DNA from: Lingula anatina
Taxonomy: Eukaryota > Animalia > Brachiopoda
DNA: 64,000 bases
Assembly (NCBI GenBank): GCA_051362555.1
Contig: CM120640.1
Coordinates: forward strand, 49,206,788-49,270,787
Direction of reading: 5' to 3'
In this document: in pieces, positions 13,401-39,100 of the stretch
Numbering within the stretch: the stretch's first letter is position 1
Layout: every line of letters begins with the position of its first letter
Notes under the pieces: model-generated
What the model was told of the DNA's origin: nothing
The model's input: only the letters and a program-made list of their open reading frames with translations
Database searches by the model: none
Position numbers and translations under genes: made by a program

Positions 13401-13923
13401 ATGGCAGACGTTAAGACTAAAACCGCAGGCGTCAAGCCTAATATTACAGATCAGATAAAGACTAAGATTGGCAGCAAGAAAGTTGTGGTGTATTCAAAAT
13501 CATCTTGCCCCTATTGCAAAAAGGCTAAAGATGTTCTAAAGCAATATAATATACCGAAAAGTGATATAGATATTATAGAAATAGCTAATGATCCAAAGTG
13601 CAACGCCATTCAAAGTGCTCTTCAAAAAGTAACCGGAGCAAGAACGGTAAGTCGAATTCAAAAGATGTCAGAAAACTTGTGTCTATCAGACATCGATTTC
13701 ATGTACGGTTTACATGCATGATGCATTGTTTACGGACAGTAATGTCGAATCCCGTGAATCTACCCTGTACATGAATCTGTTTCACCAAACACCACTTCCA
13801 CTGATTTGGTGAAATATATTTCAGGTGCCAAGAGTGTTCATAAATGGAAAGTGTATTGGTGGTGGAAATGAAACTGAGGCTTTACACAGGTCTGGGAAAC
13901 TGAAGGGCATGCTTGGGGTTTAG
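13401..13923 (+). CDS. Dithiol glutaredoxin, copy B (2 exons: 13401-13646, 13825-13923; 114 aa)
   Basis: YSKSSCPYC active site; ...TGART|GTAAGT; exon 2 VPRVFINGKCIGGGNETEALHRSGKLKGMLGV*; same intron position as copy A. Confidence 0.93.
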
Positions 13924-15187
13924 TTGCATATCTTTTCACCTGTTTTGGTGGAGATTCTAATTGAAATGTCCAAGTATTCCAAAACCTACCAGTCAGCAAG
14001 AAGACTTCATACATCTTAATAAAGATTTTTCTGTGATCTTCAGTTTGTTTGAATAGACCGTATACACAACTTTGATAGTACTCTAAAACAGTTATAACTG
14101 TCTTGTAATATGTTTAAGAATGAGATGTACTTAATCTCGTGCCAACATAAAATTGTTGTCGTCATATTTTTAACAATCAGCACTATTTAGGTTTTATATT
14201 TACATTTTATTTTCTCTAATGTCACAATGGAAGATCAGGGAGTAAAATGTTTTATTTTACACCTGGCATTCTTAACTTCTGTGATACTGTAAATATAATA
14301 GATCTCTATGGATTTTCCAAGGCATTTAATCAGATACAATCTGGTACATTGTTGTGTAATATTGTTTGCTGTGATACCGTCTGTTCAGCTGTCAGTATTA
14401 GAAACACCTTTGTCTTTAAAAAATTTAGTGATAAGTTTTTACCAAAACAGAAATAAATAGCAGTGGTATTTTACATCTTTTGTAAATATTGTATAAAGTG
14501 TTGTGAACATTAAAAGCATATTCTCAAATCGTTTTGACTTTACACTGTTTTAGCATGTCATTCTATTTACTATGAAAGAAATTCAAATCATGAAGTGTAC
14601 ATAATTGCACTTGATAGATACTATATCTCTATAAAGACTTACAACATAGTCACAGAAGTTTTGAGATTGCTGCTACAATTTTATAAACAAATGCAGCGTC
14701 TTTGTGCTGTTCTGTGTGTCTCATCTCCTTTAATAACCATTAAGTACTTTTTCTGATATATAATACATAGTGTGATTGAAAAGGTAGGAATTCTTTCCAA
14801 CATGGAAACAAGGGTTGGGCACTATGTTTTGTGTCCCAACTCACATATTTGGTTATTATCATTGCACACAAAAATTGGAAAACATACAAGTTTAAATTGA
14901 AAGAATGCATTTATTTGGCACTTTTAATTTTAAACTTTAAAAAGCTGAATCTATTTGTAGTAATGTATCTTTTAAGAAAGACCTCATGATGAATAGATCG
15001 AAAGAAATATTTCATTGGATTTTCTACTTGCACCATATCAAATCCAGTTGACATTGATAACAAGTTTTAACTTTTTGGTTTTGTAAGTTTTGAAAGAAAG
15101 GCAAAAGTAGGCTTTAACTATCAGGCATTCCTATTTAATTCAGCTTAAGGAATGTTCATAAAACTAAAATGGATATGGTTGTCAGTC

Positions 15188-28437
<13,250 letters not shown>

Positions 28438-28777
28438 TTCTTTTCGCGCTGCACGAAATCTCGCAGTGTCACGTTTGAGTTTTGATGGAGGAGGGACGAT
28501 GAAATTTTATCTCAACATTTTAAGTTTTATCAGTTTGATTCTTGGCATGGATGTTACGAAAATAAGAAATAAAATACCATCAGATATATACGTTAAAAAA
28601 TTCCCAAAAGATGAGAAAATATGATTACAACACTCGTACAATATATTTTTTTCTGAACCCTCTCCCCAAAAACACTGAATGTAAACAAACCAAGATGGTG
28701 GATCTGGCTGTCGGCACGTCAGCTGCCAAATGATATAGATATTTGCTTTGAACAGACACAGAAGAAAAGAAATCAAG
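28438..28777. promoter_or_regulatory. Bidirectional promoter region SMC5/VPS45 with E2F-type site TTTTCGCGC (28441-28449)
   Basis: Divergent start codons only 340 bp apart; local CpG enrichment; TTTCGCGC matches TTTSSCGC. Confidence 0.7.
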
Positions 28778-31700
28778 ATGAATGTGGTTCTGGCTGTGAA
28801 GCAGTATGTCACCAAGATGGTTGATGACAGTGGGCAGGGCATGAAGGTGCTACTGATGGACAAGGAAACGGTAAATATATATATAATATTACAAAGCAGA
28901 ATCTGAGGAAGCATTTGATTTATAATATATACTATATTCTAATGAGTCGTCTGTATAATGAGAAAACATCACAAGCACAGTGCTTGTTCGTTAGATCAAA
29001 ACAATTTATACAATGATATATTAAAAGTTAACTTCCAATTTTCCAATCAGTTCGTTATTGATGGAAAAAAGATCTAAAGTGCAATGTAGTCTCTTTTTTT
29101 ATTTCTTCAGACAAGCATTGTGAGCATGGTTTATGCCCAGTCAGAGATCTTACAGAAGGAGGTGTACCTGTTCGAGAGGATTGACTCTAGTGCAAGAGAA
29201 ACAATGAAACATCTAAAATGTGTATGCTTTTTGCGACCCACAAAAGAAAATGTTGACCTTCTTCAACAAGAGCTACGGTCACCAAAATATGGATTATATT
29301 TTATTTGTAAGTAACATAAATGGTGAGCATTGAGGATGAAAGACCATCATATTCTATTCCAAATTTGTACATTTAAATACAGTATGCCCTTGGACTGAGA
29401 CATTTCCATTTTTATGTTTAACTTAGTAATTCCCTTAGAGTAAGAGCATTAAAATCAGTTGTTTCATTTCAGTAATTGGATATTTAGGATTATCACAATC
29501 CAGCTGAAACTTCATTTCAGATTTTTCAAATGTGATAAGTAGGCAAGATGTCAAGGTATTAGCTGAAGCAGATGACCAGGAAGTTGTAAGAGAAGTCCAG
29601 GTAAATGTTTTGATGTTAGCATACATTAGAAAGATTACTCAGTAGTTTAACTGCTGACAAATGTCAAACTTGTTTGATATTAGTTGTGAACATTTGTTTG
29701 ATCATAAAGTGCACCTGAGTTATTATCAGTTGTTTTCACCAGTAATTTAGGTGAGTTAACTTAGGTCACCAGTACTCTGAAGATAATAATGATGAAATGG
29801 TGTCATTGCTGTGAGAGAAAAATTGGGTTTAAAATAAGTCTGATGGTGTCTTCGTGTTATACAGTTCAGATTTTGCCAGTGCAGATAAAACTGATGGAAA
29901 TTATTTGTCTCTCTACTAGTATATGCATCTTTTTTTTTTCATTAATCTAGGAATTCTATGGCGACTATGTAGCAGTCAGTCCACACTTATTTTCTTTCAA
30001 CATAGTAGGCCATTGTCAGGTAAGATCTTCCTCCAGTTATCAATTATAAAGGTGTTCATGTCATTACTGTGATATGCATTCTATCAGAAGAATAACACAG
30101 TGCAAATTTCATTGTAAGACATAACTTTCATTTATTTTTTTATTTATTTTAGGGTGGAGGAGAGCTGTTTAGATTGTTTGATAATCAGAATAGCCCTTGA
30201 CCTGCTTGTTCTCATCTCATTTTTTTATTTTCATTAACAACTTTTTTGGTTGTTTGATTATCAAGTGACTTCTTCTACAGGGCAACAACTGGGTGACCCC
30301 AGCTCTGACCCGCAGTGTCCAAGGCCTGACTGCAGTGTTGCTATCTTTAAAGAAATGTCCCATGATACGCTTCCAGAATTCTTCTGAGATGGCGAGGAGA
30401 ATGGCAGACAATGTTAGGGTGAGTGTCTTGATTACATTACATCATTTGACTGCAAATTAAAAAGAAGCTGTATAAATGAACTTTTTAATCAGGAATAAGT
30501 TATTAAAGGAAATTAAACATTAGTTTATCTGACTGTGATAACATTAGTGATTTTATACTTTTTACAGCAAGTGATATCAAAAGAAGCTTCTTTGTTTGAC
30601 TTTCGAAGGACAGACGTCCCACCAGTTTTACTCATATTAGACAGAAGGGATGATCCAGTCACTCCACTGCTAAATCAGGCAAGTGCATGGAAATTTATAT
30701 TTTGTAACATAAAGCACCCATGATAGGTATGTATGGCTACTTGGCTATGGCTATGATTTCCTGGAATTAAGTGATAACCATGACCCAACAGACTGATCAT
30801 CTGTTTTCTGTTCTAGTGGACGTACCAGGCCATGGTCCATGAACTCCTAGAAATAAGCAACAACCGTATTAGCTTGGCCTCAGTCCCAGGCATAAGTAAA
30901 GAATTGAAGGAAGTGGTGCTCTCTGCTGAACATGATGAATTTTATGCCAATGTGAGAACAAGTTGTGCTTTGATTTGGCAATGAGTTTTAAATGAAGCAG
31001 TTGCTTTGTTATGATCAAAGAGGGATCTTTTGGTAAAGATAACTTTTGTCGGGTAACTTTTTTTGCATTGATAAGTTTGTTTTAAAGTGTGAATTGTAGT
31101 CTTGCTCTAAGAATTAAGGAAATGTTTATAGAAGTTCTAGTTACAATGTTGATTTTTTCACATTTGAGTGAGATTTTGACAAATATGTCTTTGTAGAATA
31201 TGTATGCCAATTTTGGTGAAATAGGAGTTAATATCAAAACCCTAATGGAAGAGTTCCAGAAGAAATCTCAGGGCCAGTCAAAAGTGGAATCCATACAAGA
31301 CATGAAGGTTTGTTCTTTACCAGACATTGTGAATCCAGTGTTTTAATGTCCTTTTATAACTTACAGCAAAGTCATGAGATCAGAAGCGATACGATATACA
31401 TATTATATGTAAGTTGTTTAAGATGTGGAAGATGGAAATGGGAAAAGTAGTTTCAGAGATTTGATAATATTTTGACAAGTCTTCTATTCCTTTTCTTTTT
31501 TTTAGGCATTTTTGGAAAACTATCCCCAGTTTAAGAAAATGTCTGGCACGGTTTCCAAGCATGTGACAGTAGTAGGTGAATTGAGTAGACTTGTTGGTGC
31601 TCACAATTTATTGGAAGTATCTGAGACTGAACAGGAACTGGTCTGTCAAGGTGATCACTCACTGGCACTTCAGGTAAGCATGGTGATTGAATTCAACCTT

Positions 31701-34126
31701 AAATTTCTGCTGATAGCTCAGAGTTTTAATTCAAGTGCTGGTTCTACCTTTCATGAAACTGAGATGCTTAATTTGTTTGAAAAATCCCATTGTTGGAAGA
31801 CTTACACAGCAATTACATATTTCTGAATTAGAGTCTGATTTGGTGCTTTTCAGAAAAAAACATTGTCCATTTCATTTTCAGAAAATCCGCTCACTTTTAG
31901 CCAATGACAATGTGAGAGATATTGATAAACTGAGGCTGGTGATGTTGTATGCTCTTCGGTTTGAAAAACACAGCAACAATGATGTGACAGGACTGGCAGA
32001 TGCACTGGCAAAGAAAGGAGTGAGTGAAAAGTTGAGAAGGGTAAGACTTTTTCACAACAGGAATATGTATGTTGAAAAAAATCTAATTTTAGTATCTGAA
32101 AAAAGAGGTATGTTAGTTTATGAGACAATATGTAAATTATATATATATATAGTTTAAAGAACATGAATGTCAAATTGAAGAAGATGTGGAATGTAAAAAA
32201 TGTTTATGAGATAATATGTAAATTATATATATATATATATATAGTTTAAAGAACATGAATGTAAAATTAAAGATGTGGAATGTGAAAAATGTTCACTTCT
32301 CAACGTTAGATGGTTGGTGCAGTGGTGGATTATGCAGGCAGTCGTGTTAGATCCAGTGATTTGTTTGGGAGTAAAGATGCCATTACTTTTACAAAGAAAT
32401 TTTTTAAAGGTCTCAAGGTAAGTTTAGAGTTGTAAGTTGTGACATGATGTAAGAGATAGTAGGAGTTGGTCAAAGATTTGTTTATTGTGATTTCATACTC
32501 GTTTCTGGTAGTTTTTGTATATATTCACTTTTTGTTCTCTGTATGTAGTTATAATTGTGTACAAGTAAGATGATGTAAACTAATCTAAAGTGTACTACAA
32601 GAGCGGTGATTTTTTTCCAAGGGTGTGGAAAATGTATATACACAACACAATACCCTCCTCCAAGAACTCCTTGACCAGTTGATCAAAGGCAGACTTAAGG
32701 AGGCCAGTTACCCATATGTTGGACAAGCACAGTTGAGGGACAGGTAGGAATTAACCATAGAAAATTAATGTTATAATTAATCAAGCCATTATTTTATATT
32801 CATTAATTCTTTTAAATAGTCTTTTGTGTGATTACTGGTATTCTTTTTTGTTTCTGCAAGTTGTGAAGGGAGATAGAGAAGTTTGGTGTAGTCGAATGGC
32901 ATTGTATGGTGACAACAATCTCCAGAGCTTATTTACTCATGCGCATTCCGCATATGCTCAATTCTCTGTAGTGGGATAGTCTCAATTGAGGTACATGTTG
33001 CTACTTATATCAAGGGAGTGTCAGTGCTTTACCGCATTGTGTGCTTGATTAATTTTATTGGCACGCACAATACAATTAAGCAAGAAGTTCTTCCCAGCTT
33101 TTAACTTCAATGTTCAGTTCAGCATATTTCATCCACAAATGAAATGAATGCAAAATTGTTTGTTGCTGACTCATTAAATCATAATTTTTAGGGTAATGAA
33201 AAGTATTGAATATTTGATATGTATTTTTTACTCTAAGGCCTTAACATTTTATACAGGCAACAATTTGTTAAATTGTTAAAATGATTAGGATAGCAGGGTT
33301 ATATAATAAAAGCGGACTTGTTTGGCCAAATCTCGAACAACCGATATTCTTTGTTGCCTTCTTTATTGGTGGGAATGGAACTATGAAAATCTGTGGTACA
33401 CTGCGATGGAGCAGACAAAGTCATTTTTTCATTTTCTGATAGACAGTCAAACAGATAGTGTAGGTATATGCTTGTGTATTGTATCAAAATTATTTACATT
33501 TTTTAACAGTTTAAAAAATGAATATTTTTCAGGCCACAAGATATCATTGTGTTCATGATAGGTGGTGCTACATATGAAGAGGCCTTGGCTGTGCATAACA
33601 TGAACAAAACCATTCCAGGAGTCAGAATAGTCCTTGGAGGCACCCACATACACAACATGAAGAGGTACCCATTTGCTTTCTTTCCCTTGAAATGTGATTT
33701 TCCAGCATGGGATTTTTAAGCTAATTATATGGTGGAGTTTTAGACATTTATTAGCAAGAATTTGGTTATGTGATGCAGTGAATGCTGTAGCATTTAATTG
33801 AATAAAACCACTAGTATATGTAGGGAACATAATGCTTCATGTTCAATTGAAGTTATTTAAATTCCAGTCTTGTACTCGTTGTACCCATTTTATTGTTGTA
33901 ATAAACTATTTGCTTTTTCAGATTATTCAGGACAGTAAAGGAATTTTTGTTGCTACATGAATAGCCATCATTCTTAAGTTTGGTGGTAAATATTAAACCT
34001 CACCAGAAAAGAATAATATTTGGTAGTGCAATATTTATTTTGAACACTTTATTTTTCAGCTTTCTAGATGAGATTACCCATGCTACTTCTGGTGTATCAA
34101 GGCATACTTCTGGCAGGAGGTGGTAA
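28778..34126 (+). CDS. VPS45: Vacuolar protein sorting 45 (Sec1/Munc18 family; 14 coding exons)
   Basis: [15 protein letters not shown]...[10 protein letters not shown]|[25 protein letters not shown]; [28 protein letters not shown]; [17 protein letters not shown]; GVENVYTQH; [16 protein letters not shown]; ends SGRRW*. Confidence 0.97.
29779..29853 (+). ncRNA. Candidate intronic box C/D snoRNA in VPS45 intron 3
   Basis: ATGATGA (29789-29795) and CTGA (29840-29843) closed by terminal stem GAAGATAATA/TGGTGTCTTC, ~100 nt upstream of the acceptor; short, and no guide target recognised. Confidence 0.3.
32116..32293. repeat. ~86-bp tandem duplication (2 copies, each with a (TA)n) in VPS45 intron 10
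   Basis: GTTTATGAGA(C/T)AATATGTAAATTATATA... at 32116 and 32202. Confidence 0.85.
33133..33420 (+). repeat. ~290-bp dispersed repeat, second copy at ~44280-44579
   Basis: Shared CTAAGGCC.TAACATTT.ATACAGGCAA, GGGTTATATAATAAAAG, GATATTCTTTGTTGCCTTCTTT blocks in a VPS45 intron and an SLC6-like intron. Confidence 0.8.
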
Positions 34127-36195
34127 AAGGAAACACTACAGAAGCACTTATAAGGAGGATATGGAAAATATGGAGAGATAGAAAGATAAAGCATGAAGGG
34201 ATAATCAGTACAAGAAACAACAAAATGTGAAACATACATGGATGTCAATCATCCAGTATGAATGAACTGGAATGTATTTTATGTGCAATATTATATCTAA
34301 AATATGATATACTGGGATACAAGAAATATACAAGAAATATAGCTCTGTGTCCTTTTCAAGCCAACAATTTTATTAATATTGGCACAGATTTTGTTAAATG
34401 TAAGAAGTGGTTGATAGGTGAAATACTTGTTATACATGTAGTCTCTTTGAGAAAATTTGATGTGTATTTTAATGAAAAATATTGTGGATTTCATCCTTTT
34501 CTATCCGAGGTGTTGGATCTACATCTTACTGGTTTATTCTACAGATTAAAAAAAAAAACAAACACTTATTTGCAGCTCTACAGATTTATTTGAATGTATG
34601 TAATGACTAGATAAAAAATATATAAAATCATGCACTATTATGTACTGTTCTGCATACAAGTAAAAGGCTTGTACATACTAAAAAATCAACTTCAAAAATA
34701 TCTGGTATAATGACTATGTACATTGGGCTATCCTGCCACTAACAATACTAAACAATTTTATATTAGTAAAATATATTTAAAAAAAAAACAGCAGCTGCTC
34801 AAAGATAAAAAAAAAGAACTGTGAAATCTTCAAGTTAAAATTCTACGTGTCGCATAGCATCAAAAGTGAATTACCCATTGGCTCTGGGATGATCTTTGGA
34901 AGATTTATATTCATTTAAAAAACTTAAACTGAACCCTGCAGCACCAGAATTACTAGTGAATTAATATACTTAATAAGCTTAATTGTTTATTAACTGCTTG
35001 ACTAATCATTAGTCTATTACCTGCTTTACTAAACCTTAGTCTTGGACTATAGCCTATTACCTTACCTTACATTCTAGAATTGTACTTGATGAGTATCTTT
35101 TATGCGGTTCAACAAGTTTTAGTCTACATTAACTACAAATTACACTGTGCACATCTCAATAACCATGGCCTGCATTACAAATTATTATATCCATTGAAAA
35201 CAATAAAATGTGTTACACGCAAATAAACGACGTTTACATAACATCTAAAATTCTTCTGACAATTAGCCATGACCTACTACCATGAGAACGTATCACTGCT
35301 AACAAAGAAAAGTTTTCAGAATGATAATCAATGAGATCTTTCATATTCTAATTTAATCTTCTTGACACCCCTTGAATATTTTCTTTCTTTGAATGATTAA
35401 CAAGAACTGTTACCCTTAGTTTGACAGGCACAGAGAAGGTACAAAAAATTTCACCAATAGTGACCTTGACAATACTTATAAATAGTTATTTCAAACAACC
35501 ATTTCAATAAACCAAGCTGACCTTACCAATTAATGACCTTACTAATTATATCCATGAATGGTGAAATAGTGTCACAACATGTCAACAAAAAGAAATGCTT
35601 CAAAACTTAGTCCTGTTGACCACAGTACACTAAGTAATTTTTGATAAAAAATTATATTCCCATTATAAACGTGCCAAATTCACATAAATTAAACACATAA
35701 AATAAGAACTTGGCTTATTATATCTTTAATTTAAACTATTAATTGATGCATGAATGATATTTATTACCATAAAGAAAACGGCACATATTGTGTGAGTATC
35801 ATTGCTGAAATATTTAGCATAAATATATTTGTTAAATATGCAATTGAAGTCTACAGTAGAGTTAAAACCTTTATCAAAATTGAACTTGAGACTCTTCTCT
35901 TCTAAGCAGAGGCCTTGTTTTTGTGTGTGTATCATCTGAATTTTTTATAATCTGCACTTATGCTGAAATTACTGAGTATCTATCAAACATAAAGCACCAA
36001 AAATATACTGAGAATTCTACAGAGAATATATATCTCTTTGCAAAGGTCTATATGCTGCATAAAAATTGCATCATGCTCTTATAAATGTCTTAGGCAAGTC
36101 TGATATTATATATTTTGGTCTAATAACACTTCTAATCTTGGCAACTGGCTTAAGAAAACTATGTTTCATCCCAGTGTGAGATTCTCAAACCTCCT

Positions 36196-39100
36196 TTAAA
36201 ACACAGTGACCTTGTCCTCTATTTCAATGACAGGCGGTGGTCTTGGCTGCTGTGAGAGGGGAGTGTAGGAGCCCACAGGATACATTTCATCCTCCTGTTC
36301 TTCAGCTCTTTGGTGTGTGTCTGGGACTATTAAGGCACCAAGTTTCAGCTGACACTAAGTAAAAGAATTGACTCATAAGATCATAATAATAAAATTGGAT
36401 GTTGCTAATAAAATCGCAAGTAAAATATAGGGATTTTTTTTTCAATATGAAGGCTGATATTTTTAAGGTAGAACCTCTTCCTCTTCTCTTTCTATAGCAA
36501 ATTTGTTGATAAATTATTTTGTACCATGTTTTGCAATGATAGTAAAATTACATAAAAAAATTATCAATGTCAATTAAACAAAGATTTTAATTTGACTACA
36601 TAAGAAGTTATTTCACATCCACTACCAAAAACTGTACATATATGAATACTTAGGTAATGTAGTCAGAATTGCCATTAATGAAAAATTTAGACTTCTTTGA
36701 TGAGCTGATGCAGACTATATCATGTTTGATGTATACCTGACAACAAGTCCCAGGTGCTGTAATTAAGCTGTGGAAAAGTCCAACTGGCACACCAATTAAT
36801 GGGATCCAAGAAATGGCTGTACCTACACCACAAATCCAGTCTGGCATCTCCCTCAGACCAAGAAGTTCACAGGGGTGTTCAAAAAAACCTGACCCTTCCA
36901 TAGTAGCCATATAATTTGCTGTCTGTAAATACAAAACTAAATTTAAGGTGCTGTTTAAGTTTAACTATACATTGGGTAGAAGCCTCTGGAAATTAATTCT
37001 ATTATCATCAACATTTTACTTTTTATAGACCAAATAATACTAAATAACTTCACACCTGGTGAAATTAAACATGTAGTTTAGTAATAAAAATAAATAACTG
37101 TTTGAAGATTATCAACTTACTGCCAGAGCAATGAATGCCATGATAAACCATGAACCAATTACAGTGCGTGACCATACTGGAAGATCTAATTGTACTGAAA
37201 TAATCATTAAAAAGTTTATAAAAACTACACTAAGTAACCGAATTAAAGATACACATGCAACCATTAATTTAGCATTAATACATCTTGAAGTTTATGCTAA
37301 AACTAGAAAAGTTAAAATTCTTGTCTCTTACTCTTCACAACATCTCGCACTATACAACACGTGCCAGTATTTAATTCAACATCTACATTTTGGTTTCCAT
37401 AATATGGCCTGCATCAAATATTTCTTTTCTAAAACATCTCCTTGATTAACACATACACATTTATTTCATTGAAGTCATATGGGTCAAAACTATCATCCCA
37501 GTTTAATTCTTATATTTAATAATTCAGTGTTTATCTTGGCCAAAAAAGCATTTTAAAAAAATACTAATTTTTAAAAGTATATACTAAAATTGCATACCAT
37601 ATGCAACAGCAATTCCTATATTTAGGAATATAAAATAAGTTAGAAGAGGTGCAGTGGAATATAAGAAAGGCATCAATTCAAAGTACAAATATGAGCCAGC
37701 CTGAAAAGACATTAATTGTAAGACCTGACAAAGTTAACAAAACTGATACATGTGTACCATACTACAATGACATAATCCCTTATATTAATAATAAGATTGT
37801 TTTACATAAATAATAAGATTGTTTTAAAAGAATGAACATAATCAAAGAAAAGTAGAATCTTCACTCTAACAGCAAAGTTGCCTTTAATTTTCTCATAAGA
37901 TAATTCTCAAACAAAACAGTTTCTTAATGGACTTTTTAAACAACATACTTACTCTTGTTGAGAACACCAAAGAGAGGCATGCAGTTACAGTGCAAAATAT
38001 GCCAGTAATCAGAATTCTCCACAACATTGGATGTGGTCTCAGCCATGTGCCTAATGCTTCCATGACATGGTCCAATATGACCACTACAACCAACACCTAA
38101 TGGGAATAATAAATCGGTCTATATATAAAATTAAAACAAATACTAGCCAGGAAACAAAATTATTAACTTTTTGACTGACCTCACATTTTTCTGCATCACA
38201 TTGTTAAAAAAAAAGAAAACAAAGTGACAAAATAAATGTGTCAGAGAGTTTAAGTACATGGCTAAACCAAATGCATACAAGTCAAACTTAAATGGTTTTA
38301 TGGTTGTGATTTAAAAAATCATCAAATCAGCAAGCATTCAAGTTCTTCCAGAAATTTTTTCAATCTAACACTTAATTCTGTCTTGTGACATGATCTTGCT
38401 CATGCCAAGAGTAAATTTCCATGTGATCATGACTCATCCTGTACAGTACTTGACAACCGATATCCGCCCATAAATATTTTGGGAATAGTTTTAAAAGGAT
38501 TCAAATTCTTTAAACTATGTTCAAGACTTTTAATCCCCCTAGCAGTCATGAGAAGTTAATTGTATAAAATTGCAGCACTTCAACTTGGGTTGTAATTTTC
38601 TTAACAGTTCACTATTCCTACTTTCAAACATATTTTAATGAAAATATATAATGACACACATTGATATTAAGATTAATCTTGTTTATCTTTATTTACTTAA
38701 GACAAGTATATTTTCAGCAACACCTTCACATAAACACAGGCCCGTAGCTATGGGGAGGGGGGTTGAACCCCTCTTTTTGCCAGGAAAAGGTTTCCTCTGA
38801 GTAAAATTTCGTCCAGGTGCATGAAGATTTCATGGTAAAAGGTCCCCTTTTTCAGAAAAAGACCCCCCCCCTCCTCTTTTGAAATTGCTGGCTACAGGCC
38901 TGTAAATTCAGAAAATATTAAATTTTCATATGAAGACAAAAAAGACATTTTCAAAAATTGACAAAAATTCATATATGTAAATAAAACCTGACCCATAAGA
39001 TACATACAAATCCAATCAAACCAAACAGTGTGATGGTGGCATAGGTCAAGACAGCAATCACATTGGGCACCCGGAGTCCAGTGAAAATTTCGGGCAGTAA

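Larger units (their letters stand above)
13220..14614 (+). repeat. Tandem segmental duplicate of ~1313-3150 (glutaredoxin promoter, gene and 3' region)
   Basis: Shared non-coding blocks, e.g. TGCAAGTGGCGCC, GTGACTAAGCA, TTTGGTGAAATATATTTCAG, TGGAAGATCAGGGAGTAAA, ATCATGAA....ACATAATTG.ACTTGA. Confidence 0.88.

Noticed and set aside
32860-33150. Possible H/ACA snoRNA or alternative terminal exon in VPS45 intron 12
   Set aside because: Only short imperfect hairpins; no convincing hairpin-H-hairpin-ACA layout, and the acceptor is weak.
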